From assembly GCA_942493095.1 (NCBI GenBank), contig OW818675.1, positions 523,406 through 555,405 on the forward strand: DNA of 32,000 nt. The letters are read 5' to 3'. A program made the position numbers and the translations under genes. Every line of letters starts with the position of its first letter. Position 1 is the first letter of the stretch. The DNA is from Candidatus Electronema halotolerans (GTDB lineage: Bacteria > Desulfobacterota > Desulfobulbia > Desulfobulbales > Desulfobulbaceae). The notes beneath the pieces are model-generated. The model did no database searches, was not told the DNA's origin, and saw only the letters and a program-made list of their open reading frames with translations. Shown here piece by piece: positions 14,072 to 24,099 of the stretch.

Positions 14072-14329
14072 TCAGCCCTTCTGAACAAAAAAGCTCATGT
14101 AGCCGGTCTCTTCCTTCTCGCCCAGATACTCATGACCGGCCCGGGCGCACCAGCCAGGAATGTCGTTGCGGGAACCAGGATCAGTGCCGTCAACCTGGAG
14201 GATTTCTCCAGTATTGATCTTGTTGATTTCCTTTTTGGTTTTCAACAGCGGCATTGGGCAGCTCAAACCTTTCGCATCCAGAACCGCAGCCGGGGTCAGG
14301 CCCTCAGGGGCTTTTTTCACATCGCTCAT
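14072..14329 (-). CDS. tusA: TusA-family sulfurtransferase.
   Basis: 85 aa with the diagnostic LDAKGLSCPMPLLKTKK (CPxP) motif. AAGGAGAA RBS. Confidence 0.9.
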   Translation of the reverse strand: MSDVKKAPEGLTPAAVLDAKGLSCPMPLLKTKKEINKINTGEILQVDGTDPGSRNDIPGWCARAGHEYLGEKEETGYMSFFVQKG

Positions 14330-14784
14330 TGTGCATTCTCCTTATCGTGAATGAAAAAAAAAGAGTGGTTATTCCTTGTGCTGAACTGCCTTTGATCAGG
14401 CCTTTTTTTCAGCTCATCAGCTAACTGAGATTTGTTCTCTATAACGAATGCAAACCTGTCTGTCAAGCTATTTCCTGCCGGAACGCCTTTGGCAGCCGGA
14501 AGGTCATCTTGTTTGAATAGCAGGGAAAAATAAACAACCCGTTGTCTATCCGCTTGATCTGGCGGCTGATTCCCTGAAAAAAATCTTGCAGGAATGTCAG
14601 ACTTTCGCAAACCCTGTCCGCCTAAAATCCTCAAGAAAAAAACTGTACAAACAGGACGGAAAATTATAAAATATTTTTCCGACAATTCAGCGCCAACAGA
14701 CTGCCTCTGCTTTTTTGGCGGAGACAGTTTATGAACAGACTGTATAACTGTCGGAACCTCAAGAGAAAAGAGGATGGAGAGACT

Positions 14785-16110
14785 ATGAGTGAATCAAGTT
14801 TTGTCGGCAAGACAAGAAACCTGTACAAGCAGGTCTGCGAGACTGAGTGGGAGGCCAACATCACCGGCGTGATTGTCGCCCTGCTCAGTATCCTGCTGAT
14901 GGTCTGGTGGCGGCCTTGGGGCGCAGTGGGGGCGATCCGCAACTGGGGCGACTGGCTGCTCTCCTTTGTCGGCGGCGCAACTCCCAAGTCAATTTTCATT
15001 GACTCCGGCTCCGTGATCGGCATCGGCTTTCTCGGCGGAGCCTTTCTCTCCGCCTTTTTGGCCGGACAGTTCGCCTTCCGTTTTCCACCCTACCGCGAGG
15101 CGGTCAAAGGCGCAATCGCCGGAGTGCTGATGGGAGTCGGCTCGGCCTTGGCTGGCGGCTGCAATGTCGGCGGCATGTACAACGCCCTTGGCAATCTGGC
15201 CGCCAACGGCTTCAGCATGTGGCTGGGAATCGTCGCCGGAGTCCTCCTCGGTCTCTGGCTGATCTACAAGGAAATGGAGCATATTTCCTGGGGCGACAAC
15301 GGCGCGTGGACTGTTGACCTGCCCCGCGAGCTGCAAACCCTGCTCGGCCTGCTGACCTTTTTCGCCCTGCTTGCCGGAGCGCGCTGGTACAGCAGCTACA
15401 GCGGCGAGGACAACGCTGACATCATCACCTCGCTGTCCGGGGTGCTGCTGCTGGCCGCAGGCATCGGCTATGCCATGCACCGGGGCCGCTGGTGCATGAT
15501 TCAGGGCTTCCGCGAGCCGCACATGACGGGCGACTGCACCTTGGCCAAATCTGTGGCGCTGTCCATTTTCGTCCTTGCCATTGGCGGGGCAGTGGTCAAA
15601 TATGCCGTACCGGTCAAAGGCGCGGCAGTGCTCAATCCTGCCTATTATGTGCGCGGCACCTTTGGCTGGGGCGGCGTGCTGGGCGGCTTCCTCTTTGGAA
15701 TAGGCGGCATGTTCGCAGGCGGCTGCGGCTCCGGCACCCTCTGGCGGGTCGGCGAAGGTCAGCTCAAGCTCTGGATTGTCGTGCCCTTCTTCGGCATAGC
15801 CAATTCCCTGATGACCAAATGGTTCAGCATGGATGTCGAGGTCAGCGGCAATGGCCTCAAGAGCCTGATGGCTCAGGCAAAACTTGGTCTGATCGGCTAT
15901 GATGTTGACGAGGTCAAGGAAGCGATTGCAACAGGCGGCAGTCTGACAGTCTCCGGCATTGAGAAGGCCGGGTATCTGGGCCGATACATCTACATGCCCG
16001 ATGCCATCGGCTTTGGCTGGACCTTAACCATCATCACCTTTATGATGGCCCTCTGGTATGTGGTTGTGACCTGGAACGAGGAGAGCAACAAGCTGATCGT
16101 GCCCATGTGA
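14785..16110 (+). CDS. YedE/YeeE-family sulfur-compound (thiosulfate-type) transporter.
   Basis: A polytopic Gly-rich membrane protein with repeated GGCxxG motifs (ALAGGCNVGGM, FAGGCGSGTLWR). The track ORF starts at 14731. The ATG at 14785 has the better RBS (GGATGGAGAG). It is divergent from tusA. Confidence 0.85.
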   Translation: MSESSFVGKTRNLYKQVCETEWEANITGVIVALLSILLMVWWRPWGAVGAIRNWGDWLLSFVGGATPKSIFIDSGSVIGIGFLGGAFLSAFLAGQFAFRFPPYREAVKGAIAGVLMGVGSALAGGCNVGGMYNALGNLAANGFSMWLGIVAGVLLGLWLIYKEMEHISWGDNGAWTVDLPRELQTLLGLLTFFALLAGARWYSSYSGEDNADIITSLSGVLLLAAGIGYAMHRGRWCMIQGFREPHMTGDCTLAKSVALSIFVLAIGGAVVKYAVPVKGAAVLNPAYYVRGTFGWGGVLGGFLFGIGGMFAGGCGSGTLWRVGEGQLKLWIVVPFFGIANSLMTKWFSMDVEVSGNGLKSLMAQAKLGLIGYDVDEVKEAIATGGSLTVSGIEKAGYLGRYIYMPDAIGFGWTLTIITFMMALWYVVVTWNEESNKLIVPM

Positions 16111-16131
16111 TCAGCCTGCGGTCATGGATGG

Positions 16132-16171
16132 AAAAAAACGCTGCGTCCGGCAATGGCGCAGCGTTTTTTTT
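16132..16171 (+). terminator. Rho-independent terminator after the yedE-like gene.
   Basis: CGCTGCG (16139-16145) / CGCAGCG (16157-16163), flanked by an A-run and followed by T8. Confidence 0.8.
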
Positions 16172-16264
16172 GCTGAAAACGCAAAAAGAGCCTTGACTTT
16201 TCCTCCTTGCAGTGTTTGTGTTAGCGCAGGAGCTTGTTTTTTCATCAAGAAAAGGAGGGGCAAA

Positions 16265-16513
16265 ATGAAAGCGTTCTTTGGAATGACTGCTGCCGTGCTG
16301 CTGGTTGTGACGATGCTCTTTGTGGCATTGCCCGGAACTGCGATAGTTTTTTATGATACAAACTGCGAAAACAACAACGTAGTTTATACTGCAATCAGCA
16401 AAATTAAGGAAAAGTGCAGCGTAAAGAAATGTGTCTCCAATTATTTCATCAAGTCTGCAAACGCAAAAGTATCGGCCAGCGGAATGCCCCTCCCTGCTGC
16501 CCGGCCAAAATAA
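16265..16513 (+). CDS. Small secreted or membrane-anchored hypothetical protein.
   Basis: An internal ATG of track ORF 16124..16513, with an AAGGAGGGG RBS. MKAFFGMTAAVLLVVTMLFVALPG is a signal/anchor-like segment. GC is lower than the surroundings. Confidence 0.45.
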   Translation: MKAFFGMTAAVLLVVTMLFVALPGTAIVFYDTNCENNNVVYTAISKIKEKCSVKKCVSNYFIKSANAKVSASGMPLPAARPK

Positions 16514-16533
16514 GGGGCAAAAGGAAAACAGAA

Positions 16534-16902
16534 ATGAATTGGTATTTGGAAGTGGTGAAAAAGTATGCTGAATTCTCTGGAAGGGCACGGCGGATGGAAT
16601 ACTGGATGTTTGCTCTTTTCAACGTCATCATCGCCTTTGCATTGGGTATTTTTGAAGGAATATTCGGGGCAATCATAGGAGTTGACCTGAATATTCTGTC
16701 ATTTCTTTACGCAGCTGCCATCTTGCTGCCGAGCATCGCTGTTACAGTGCGGCGACTGCATGATACAGGCCGGAGCGGCTTGTGGATTCTCATTGGTCTT
16801 GTCCCAGTTATCGGCTGGTTCGCATTGCTTGTATTTTGTGTGCAGGACAGCCAGCCGGGCCAAAATCAATATGGCTCCAATCCAAAGGAGATCACCTCCT
16901 GA
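16534..16902 (+). CDS. DUF805-family inner-membrane protein.
   Basis: An internal ATG of track ORF 16414..16902. MNWYLEVVKKYAEFSGRARRMEYWMFALFN...TVRRLHDTGRSGLW...QPGQNQYGSNP is the typical DUF805 signature. Confidence 0.8.
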   Translation: MNWYLEVVKKYAEFSGRARRMEYWMFALFNVIIAFALGIFEGIFGAIIGVDLNILSFLYAAAILLPSIAVTVRRLHDTGRSGLWILIGLVPVIGWFALLVFCVQDSQPGQNQYGSNPKEITS

Positions 16903-17024
16903 AAGGATGCATCAGGGTTCTTGCTCGTTCCACGCTCCAGCACTGGAACACACAGCCCGCAACATGCTGCTTGCTTTACCGGGCAAATCTGGTTAGTTTG
17001 GTGCGTTGCAGCCATTGCCTTGAT

Positions 17025-17053
17025 GAGGCGGGCGGCAACGCCCTCTTTTTTTT
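17025..17053 (+). terminator. Probable rho-independent terminator.
   Basis: Imperfect GC stem GAGGCG...CGCCCTC followed by T8. Confidence 0.4.
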
Positions 17054-17114
17054 CAAGGCAGCAGACGTTGCGCCTGCAACGGGTAAATCATCAATAAAAA
17101 AGCGAGCATAGCCA

Positions 17115-18209
17115 ATGTCCAGCACCTGTCAGTCCTGCAAAACAGACCACGTCAATTTTCTTGAAGCGGCCTTCCGGCGCATCTTTCCCCAAGACAGCGA
17201 GTTCCGTGACAAGGCCAAGGCGCGGCTGGAGCAGCTCACCATGCCGCACTGGGCCTTGGGCAGGCTGATGGACTTGGCCGTTGATCTGGCTGGCATGACC
17301 CGCTCCCTGCATCCGCCGGTGGCGCGGAAACGGGTGGTAATCATGGTCGGCGACCACGGCGTGACTGCTGAGGGCGTGTCCAAGTTTCCCTCGGAAGTCA
17401 CAGCCCAGATGGTCTATAATTTTGTCAATGGCGGGGCAGGCATCAATGCCTTGGCCCGGCAGGCGCGGGCCGAGGTCACTGTGGTTGACATGGGCTGCGC
17501 CGCTGATCTCACAGCCTTGGCTGAGGCGGGCAAGATTATCTCGAAGAAGATCGGCCCCGGCACAGCCAATATGGCCCTTGGCCCGGCCATGAGCCGCACC
17601 AACGCGGTCTTTGCGGTCGAGGCAGGCATCCAAGTGGCGGAGCAGCTTGCCCCGGAAACCGATATTTTTGCCACTGGCGAGATGGGCATTGGCAACACCA
17701 CGGCCAGCACCGCCATTGTCGCTGCTCTGAGCGGCAGAAGCATTGACGAGCTGACCGGGCGCGGCACTGGCTTGGATGATGCCCAGCTTGCCCATAAGCA
17801 AAAGGTGCTGGAGCGCATTCTCCAAATCAACAAGCCGGATGCCAAGGACGGCTTGGACGTGCTGGCCAAGGTCGGCGGTTATGAGATCGGCGGCATTGCC
17901 GGGCTGATCATCGGCGCGGCAGCCAACCGCAAGCCAGTGCTGGTCGATGGCTTCATCTCCACTGCCGGGGCCATGATCGCCTGCAAGCTGGAGCCGTTTG
18001 TCCGCGACTACATCATCTGCGCCCACCGCTCCGTGGAGCGGGGCCACGCCATCATGCAGGAGCAGCTCGGCTGCCAGCCGCTGCTGGATTTGCAGCTCCG
18101 GCTCGGCGAAGGCACAGGCGCGGCCTTGGCCATGAATATTGTCGAAGCCGCTGTGGCGGTGCTGACCGAAGTGGCCACCTTTGCCGAGGCAGGAGTGAGC
18201 GGCGCATGA
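17115..18209 (+). CDS. cobT: Nicotinate-nucleotide--dimethylbenzimidazole phosphoribosyltransferase.
   Basis: 364 aa with KPxxALGRL-type LTMPHWALGRLMDLAVDLAG, GDHGV and GEMGIGNTTASTAIVAAL motifs. Confidence 0.9.
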   Translation: MSSTCQSCKTDHVNFLEAAFRRIFPQDSEFRDKAKARLEQLTMPHWALGRLMDLAVDLAGMTRSLHPPVARKRVVIMVGDHGVTAEGVSKFPSEVTAQMVYNFVNGGAGINALARQARAEVTVVDMGCAADLTALAEAGKIISKKIGPGTANMALGPAMSRTNAVFAVEAGIQVAEQLAPETDIFATGEMGIGNTTASTAIVAALSGRSIDELTGRGTGLDDAQLAHKQKVLERILQINKPDAKDGLDVLAKVGGYEIGGIAGLIIGAAANRKPVLVDGFISTAGAMIACKLEPFVRDYIICAHRSVERGHAIMQEQLGCQPLLDLQLRLGEGTGAALAMNIVEAAVAVLTEVATFAEAGVSGA

Positions 18210-19081
18210 ACCGCTGGCGCAACAAGGACAGACCGAAACGGCCTGTGCCGACAAGGCAGCCGCAACTCCACATCGAGAAGGAGCAGCACCGCCATTCATT
18301 CTCGGCTGGCAGCCTGCTGCGTCCTGTGGCCGCCTTTGCCGCAGCCCTGCGCTTTCTCACCATTCTGCCGCTGCCGGGCCGTTTTGGCACAGCGGAAAAG
18401 GACTTGGCTCATGCTGCGCCCTTTTTTCCCCTGATCGGCCTGCTCCTCGGCTGCGCCGCTGCTCCGGCGGCCAAACTGCTCTTCATCCTCCTGCCGCCTC
18501 TGCCTGCGGCAGTGCTGACCACCCTGCTCCTGCTCGCCTTTTCCGGCGGCCTCCATCTTGACGGACTGGCTGACACGGCAGACGGCTTCTTCTCCGCCCG
18601 GACAGGGGCGCGGATGCTGGAAATCATGAAGGATTCCAATATTGGCACCATGGGAGCCATTGCCTTGCTGCTGGTCCTGCTGCTCAAAACAGCCTGTCTC
18701 GCCTCCCTGAACAAGCAGCTCCTGCCTGCGGTGCTGCTCATGCCCTTGGCAGGCCGGACCGCCATCCTCCTGCTCATGGCCCTGCTGCCATATCCTCGCA
18801 AGCAAGGCTTGGGCCGCCTCTTTGCCCTCTATTTCAACAGCACCGCAGGCAAAATGGCCGCCTTGGCCGGACTGCTGCTCTGCGCCGTGGCCGCTCATGT
18901 CTTTGCCGGAGCGCAGGGGCTGGCGGCTGTCGCCGTCATGCTGCTGCCGATCCTTTGCTTTGCCGCCCTTTGTCAGCGCAAAATCGGCGGAGCCACTGGC
19001 GACACCCTTGGCGCGGCCTGCGAGCTGGCGGAAACAGCCCTTGTTCTGCTTTTCACGGTCAGAACCGGACTGCTGCTGTAA
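18206..19081 (+). CDS. cobS: Adenosylcobinamide-GDP ribazoletransferase (cobalamin synthase).
   Basis: A polytopic membrane protein with LRFLTILPLPG and GLHLDGLADTADG motifs. Its ATG overlaps the cobT stop (ATGA). The N-terminal ~35 basic residues may be an over-extension. Confidence 0.85.
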   Translation: MNRWRNKDRPKRPVPTRQPQLHIEKEQHRHSFSAGSLLRPVAAFAAALRFLTILPLPGRFGTAEKDLAHAAPFFPLIGLLLGCAAAPAAKLLFILLPPLPAAVLTTLLLLAFSGGLHLDGLADTADGFFSARTGARMLEIMKDSNIGTMGAIALLLVLLLKTACLASLNKQLLPAVLLMPLAGRTAILLLMALLPYPRKQGLGRLFALYFNSTAGKMAALAGLLLCAVAAHVFAGAQGLAAVAVMLLPILCFAALCQRKIGGATGDTLGAACELAETALVLLFTVRTGLLL

Positions 19082-19221
19082 GATTTCACTGCCGCGAAAA
19101 GCAATTTCAGAATATAATAGTTCATGCCCTTGGCATGAACGCGTCCTTGCGCCGTTGGCAGCCGCATGATATGCTGCCCGGAATTGCACAAAAAAACCGC
19201 ACAATATCCTTGGAGGAGACA

Positions 19222-19632
19222 ATGGCTCTTTATGATTGGAAAGATGACTACAGCGTCGGAGTGAATCGCTTTGACGGCCACCATAAAAAACTGTTCAATA
19301 TCGCCAATCAGCTTCATGAAATGATGAAGCAGGGACGGGGCGGGGACGTGATCGAGCCGGTCCTGCGGGAGCTGGTTGACTACACCCGCTATCATCTGGC
19401 GGAAGAGGAGAAAGTCATGGAGACCATTGGCTATTCAGACATTGCCAACCACAAAAGGGCGCACAGGATTTTCATTAATGAGCTCAACGAAGCAATGGCC
19501 GAGGTGGATAAGGGCCGGACGATTTTTGTGGTCATCAAAATCGCCAAAATGGTCATTGACTGGCTGATCAATCATATTTACATGATTGATAAAAAATATA
19601 TTCCAGAGATGAACGCGGCCGGCATCCGCTGA
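19222..19632 (+). CDS. Bacteriohemerythrin (hemerythrin-like metal-binding protein).
   Basis: An internal ATG of track ORF 18955..19632, with a GGAGGAG RBS. MALYDWKDDYSVGVNRFDGHHKKLF...YHLAEEE...HKRAHRIF...DWLINHI gives the His/Glu ligand pattern. Confidence 0.85.
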   Translation: MALYDWKDDYSVGVNRFDGHHKKLFNIANQLHEMMKQGRGGDVIEPVLRELVDYTRYHLAEEEKVMETIGYSDIANHKRAHRIFINELNEAMAEVDKGRTIFVVIKIAKMVIDWLINHIYMIDKKYIPEMNAAGIR

Positions 19633-19650
19633 CGCAGCCCGTGCGGCCCC

Positions 19651-22600
19651 GTGTTTTGTTTTTCTTCAAAAGAATCGCCTTTCATGCAACAGCAGCGTGT
19701 GCCCTTCTACAGACGGCTCCGGTTCAGCATGATCATGACGGTGCTGCTCATCATCACTTTGGTCAGCGGCACCAGCATTCTAATCAGCTATCAGGTGACC
19801 GGGAAGAAGATTATCCGGGACCTCAATGATGATTTTGTCAGCACGGAGGCGATGATTGACACCTGCCTGCGGCTTTTCAGTCAGCATCTCAAGGCGGCGG
19901 CAGAAGCGGCAACAGGTGAACTGGCCCTGCGGGAGCTGCGCGGCACTGCGCCGTCGCTGCCCCCAGCAGAGGAGATGCGTCTTCTGGAGCAGGACAATGA
20001 TGTTGACATTCTTTTCTTTTTTGATCAGAATCGACAAGTTGTCGCGGTTTCCAAGGAGAGCCAGGCCGCAGCTCAAGCTCTGCTTGCCAATTCTTATTTA
20101 ACGGATAAAATAAACCGCCGCATGCCGTTCACTGCCATTCTGCTGGTTACAGAGCAGTCTGGGAAAAAATTTTTTCTGGTTGAAGTGCTGCCGACTCTGC
20201 TGAACATGAACAGCACAGGTCAGGAAGGCTTTGTCTTGAGCGCGTATGTCATGGACAACGCCTTTCTCAGGCAGATGCCGGTCAACACATACATGAAAAT
20301 CAGCCTGATCAGTGACAACACCGTGCTGGCGACCACCTTGGAGCCGGAGCTTGCCCAGCACTCCCCCGGCACTGTCGCCTACAGCTCCTCGGTGCTGCTG
20401 GCCGGCGCGCTTGACCTGGTGCAGGAAAGCTCCTTTTTCAAGGAAAAAATGTACATCAAGGTCAAGTACATTCCTTTCATGGAGAACAGTAGTCCGAATT
20501 TCCTTGTCCTTTCCCATCCATCCAGACTCATCTTGGCCACAGACAAGGAATTTGCCCAGCATTTCCTGGTCCTCTTCTTTGTCGGCTTCTGCTCCTCCCT
20601 GATTCTGGTCTTTTTCATCACCGGCTCAGTGCTGAATCCGATCAAACAGCTCCAGCAGTTAGTGCGGAAAATCAGCGAAGGTGATCTTGGCGACCGGATC
20701 GACACCAGCGTCAGCAACGAGTTCACGCCGTTGATCATGCAGTTCAACACCATGCTCAACCAGATTCAGCGGAAGGACGAGGATATGGTGGAGCAGGTGG
20801 AGGCCAAGACCAAAGAGCTGCGGCAGCAGAACATCTTTATCGACAATCTGCTCTGCTCCTCGCAGATCATGGCCATCGCAGCCACAGACATGGAGTTCAG
20901 GGTCACCTATTTCAATCCGCTGGCCGAACAGCTTTTCGGCTACAAGGCGGAGGAGGTGATCGGCAAAAAAGTGACCCGCTTTCAAGTCCATGTCAAAAAT
21001 CAGGAAAAGGAATTCTCCCGCCTGATCGAGCTGGCACTGCAAAACGGCTCGCACACCTTCACCATTGGCACGCCTGACCTGAAGCAGTACGACCTGCTGG
21101 CCAAATCAGGGCAGGAGCAGCAGAGCAGCAGATACCAGCGCATCATTGAAGTGCATCTTTCCCCCATCCAAGCGCGGAAGGGTCTCAACAGCAGCGATGT
21201 CTCCGGCCTGATGCTCATGGCCCAGGACATCACCCAGGCCAGACGGATAGATGAGCGTCTCCATGCCGCCTTGGCCGAGCTACAGGTGATCATTGACAAC
21301 ACCATGCTCGGTCTGGTGCTGGTCCAGAATGACCGGATCATCCGGGTCAACAGCACCTTTGAGCGCATGTTCGGCTGTCAGTTCAGCGGGATCAAGAACA
21401 GCTCCTGGGCGGTCTTCTACGCTTCTGTGTCTGAGGGCAAAGAAGCGGACTGCTGGGACGGCAGCGGCAGAATGTTCTTTCTGGCTGGCAGGGCTGATCA
21501 GGACGGCAAAGCGCCGCCGCCTTTCTGGAGCAAGGTCCGTCAAGTGGCGATTGAGGACGAGCAGAAGGAGCTGCGCCGGGAGCTGCTCCTGTTTGAGGAC
21601 ATGAGCCGCCAGATTGAAATGTTTGAAAAGATTCAGCGGCTCAGTCAGGCAGTGGAGCAGAGTTCCAATTCCATTGTCATCACAGACATTGACGGCGTGA
21701 TTGAGTATGTCAACCGGACTTTTGTTCAGCTCGCCGGCTATCAGGCCAAAGAGGTCATTGGCGGCAGTCTGGCCATGCTGGCTCCTGACGCGCAGCAGGC
21801 GGCCTTGTACGAGGAGATATGGGCGGCAGTGGGGGCGGGCCGGGAATGGAGCGGCGAGTTGATCAATCAGAAAAAGAACGGCGATTTGTATGAGGAAAAC
21901 GTGCTCATCTCGCCGATCCGCAATGAGCAGAACGAGATCACCCATTTTGTCGTCACCAAGGAGAATATCACTGATCTGAAAAAGGCGCGGCAGCTCGCGG
22001 ATGCGGCCAACAGGGCCAAGAGCGAATTTCTGGCCAAGATGAGCCACGAAATCCGCACGCCCATGAATTCGATCATCGGCATGACTGAGCTGCTCTTGGA
22101 CACTGCCCTGCGGCCTGAGCAGCGCAACTATTTGGAAAATGTCAACAGCTCGGCCTCAGTTCTGCTCTCGCTGATCAACGACATCCTTGATTTTTCAAAA
22201 ATTGAGGCAGGCAGGCTGGAGCTGGAGCATATTCCCTTCAGCGTCTCCCAGCTGGCCAAGGAAATCATCGCCACCCTGCATATCCTCGCGGAACAGAAAG
22301 GGATTGAACTCCGGCTCGACCTACAGGATGACGACGGCTGCTTTCCGCTTGGCGACCCGCTGCGCATTCGGCAGGTGCTGCTCAATTTAGTCGGCAATGC
22401 GATCAAATTCACCCGAGCAGGCTATGTGGCCTTGAAGATAGAGGTTCATGCCGCTGCCCGCCGCAGCTGCATGGCGACGTTCAGCATTATTGACACTGGC
22501 ATCGGCATCCCCCAGGAGCAGCAGGAGAAAATTTTTGCTGACTTCACCCAGGCGGACAACTCCATCACCAGACATTACGGAGGCACCGGCCTTGGCCTGA

Positions 22601-23571
22601 CCATCAGCAACCAGTTGGTCCAGATGATGGGCAGCAAAATTGAGCTGGAAAGCGAGCCGGGCAAAGGCAGCGTCTTTTTTTTCACCCTGCTGCTGAAGAA
22701 CGGCGGCTCACGGGCGGCGGCGGACATGGAGGAGCAGGATGAGCCGATTGACAACCTGCTGCCAAGTCTGGATATCCTCTTAGTTGAAGACAATCCGGCC
22801 AATCAGCAGCTTGCTGTGGTGCTGCTGGCCAAGCAGGGCCATGAGGTGGCAGTGGCAGGCAGCGGTGTCGAAGCGCTTGCCGCTTTGAGCAGCCGCCATT
22901 ATGATGTGATCTTCATGGACATGCAGATGCCGGTCATGGACGGCCTGACCGCCACCAAGCACATCCGCCAGATCGAGCAGGGCCGGGTTAGCTGTCTGCC
23001 GGAGGAGCTGACTGAGGTGGAGGAAAAACTGCGGGAGCGGCTCCAAGGCGGTCATATCCCGATCATTGCCGTGACCGCCAATGCCCTCCAGGAAGACCGG
23101 CAGCTCTGCCTTGAGACAGGCATGGACGAGTATCTAAGCAAGCCCTATAAAAAGCACACCCTGCTCCGGGCACTGCAGCGGATTGAGAAAAAAGGCTTGG
23201 ACGAGTCACCGCTGCCGCAGAGGCCGCCGGAGGAGACGGCCCCTGCGGCGCCTGTTTCCCGCGCAGCGGTCAGGCGGCATGTGATAGAGCAGTTTGAACT
23301 GGGACATGAGGACGCGGAAGAGGTGCTGGCTGCCTATGCTGATTCGCTGAAAGACAATCTCAGTAATATTGTTCAGTGGATGGAGCAGGGGAACGGCGTG
23401 GAGGCAGGCCGTCAAGCCCATGCCCTCAAAGGCGGCCTGCTCAATCTCGGCTTGGATCAGCTGGCAGGCATGGCTTTGATCTTGGAAAAGGAGCTGCCCG
23501 CGCAGATCGAGGACAGGCACCAGGAATTGACAGACCAGCTTGAGCAGGCTCTCAAGGATTTCATCGCCTGA
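19651..23571 (+). CDS. Hybrid sensor histidine kinase: TM, periplasmic domain, TM, HAMP, multiple PAS, HisKA, HATPase_c, REC, HPt.
   Basis: H-box [17 protein letters not shown]-box [15 protein letters not shown] and [13 protein letters not shown] shows [11 protein letters not shown]...[11 protein letters not shown]...SKP. HPt shows [13 protein letters not shown]. The track start is a GTG, and the ATG at 19684 is an alternative. Confidence 0.9.
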   Translation: MFCFSSKESPFMQQQRVPFYRRLRFSMIMTVLLIITLVSGTSILISYQVTGKKIIRDLNDDFVSTEAMIDTCLRLFSQHLKAAAEAATGELALRELRGTAPSLPPAEEMRLLEQDNDVDILFFFDQNRQVVAVSKESQAAAQALLANSYLTDKINRRMPFTAILLVTEQSGKKFFLVEVLPTLLNMNSTGQEGFVLSAYVMDNAFLRQMPVNTYMKISLISDNTVLATTLEPELAQHSPGTVAYSSSVLLAGALDLVQESSFFKEKMYIKVKYIPFMENSSPNFLVLSHPSRLILATDKEFAQHFLVLFFVGFCSSLILVFFITGSVLNPIKQLQQLVRKISEGDLGDRIDTSVSNEFTPLIMQFNTMLNQIQRKDEDMVEQVEAKTKELRQQNIFIDNLLCSSQIMAIAATDMEFRVTYFNPLAEQLFGYKAEEVIGKKVTRFQVHVKNQEKEFSRLIELALQNGSHTFTIGTPDLKQYDLLAKSGQEQQSSRYQRIIEVHLSPIQARKGLNSSDVSGLMLMAQDITQARRIDERLHAALAELQVIIDNTMLGLVLVQNDRIIRVNSTFERMFGCQFSGIKNSSWAVFYASVSEGKEADCWDGSGRMFFLAGRADQDGKAPPPFWSKVRQVAIEDEQKELRRELLLFEDMSRQIEMFEKIQRLSQAVEQSSNSIVITDIDGVIEYVNRTFVQLAGYQAKEVIGGSLAMLAPDAQQAALYEEIWAAVGAGREWSGELINQKKNGDLYEENVLISPIRNEQNEITHFVVTKENITDLKKARQLADAANRAKSEFLAKMSHEIRTPMNSIIGMTELLLDTALRPEQRNYLENVNSSASVLLSLINDILDFSKIEAGRLELEHIPFSVSQLAKEIIATLHILAEQKGIELRLDLQDDDGCFPLGDPLRIRQVLLNLVGNAIKFTRAGYVALKIEVHAAARRSCMATFSIIDTGIGIPQEQQEKIFADFTQADNSITRHYGGTGLGLTISNQLVQMMGSKIELESEPGKGSVFFFTLLLKNGGSRAAADMEEQDEPIDNLLPSLDILLVEDNPANQQLAVVLLAKQGHEVAVAGSGVEALAALSSRHYDVIFMDMQMPVMDGLTATKHIRQIEQGRVSCLPEELTEVEEKLRERLQGGHIPIIAVTANALQEDRQLCLETGMDEYLSKPYKKHTLLRALQRIEKKGLDESPLPQRPPEETAPAAPVSRAAVRRHVIEQFELGHEDAEEVLAAYADSLKDNLSNIVQWMEQGNGVEAGRQAHALKGGLLNLGLDQLAGMALILEKELPAQIEDRHQELTDQLEQALKDFIA

Positions 23572-24086
23572 TGAGGCCGCCGCTTGTCACGTTTATCGGC
23601 TGGCACAGCTGCGGCAAGACCACCTTGCTCAGTCAGGTGGTCCGCCTGCTCAAGGAGCGCGGTTATATGGTCGCAGTGGTCAAATCCACCAAGGAGCGCG
23701 GCCTGCTTCCTGATCAGGAGGGCACGGACACGGACATCCACCGGCAGGCAGGCGCGGACGCAGTGGCCTTGGCCGGGCCGGACCGGCTGCTCATCACCGT
23801 GGAAAAGCAGGGCAAGGACTTGGCCGCCATTGCCAGCCGCTATTTTGCTGACATGGACCTTGTCCTCGGCGAAGGCTTCAAGGAGGCGGAAAATGTGCCG
23901 AAAATTGAGGTGCATCGAGGTGGCCCGCTTCTCCGGGAGCAGGTTCGGGGCGTGATTGCCGTGGCCAGTGACCAGCTCCTGCAGATGCCGGAAGAGAATA
24001 TTTTTGCCCTGCACGAAGCTGGCAGATTGGCCGACTTTATTGAGCAGCGTTTTCTTGCGCGCAGAGGGGCAAAGGAATCGATATAA
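23571..24086 (+). CDS. mobB: Molybdopterin-guanine dinucleotide biosynthesis adaptor protein MobB.
   Basis: 171 aa with P-loop-like FIGWHSCGKTTLL, VAVVKS and GEGFKEAENVPKIEVHR motifs. Its ATG overlaps the kinase stop by 1 nt (TGATG). Confidence 0.85.
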   Translation: MRPPLVTFIGWHSCGKTTLLSQVVRLLKERGYMVAVVKSTKERGLLPDQEGTDTDIHRQAGADAVALAGPDRLLITVEKQGKDLAAIASRYFADMDLVLGEGFKEAENVPKIEVHRGGPLLREQVRGVIAVASDQLLQMPEENIFALHEAGRLADFIEQRFLARRGAKESI

Positions 24087-24099
24087 GAAGGAAGATGTC

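Noticed and set aside
14326-14685. A 119-aa minus-strand ORF in the tusA/yedE divergent intergenic region.
   Set aside because: It overlaps the tusA start, has no RBS and has odd composition. The region is better read as a 455-bp divergent promoter/control region.
16903-17114. Possible cobalamin riboswitch upstream of cobT-cobS.
   Set aside because: I looked for the conserved core (GGGAA, GCCACTG, B12-box ...AGTCAGGA.ACCTGCC). I found only loose fragments (GCACTGG, CCCGCAAC), in the wrong order. The hairpin plus T8 at 17025-17053 is better explained as the terminator of the DUF805 gene. A covariance-model search with RF00174 would settle it.
19120-19140. A perfect 8-bp hairpin (GTTCATGC-ccttg-GCATGAAC) after cobS, considered as a terminator.
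   Set aside because: No U-tract follows it. It may be a weak terminator or an mRNA-stability element, but the support is insufficient to call it as a feature.
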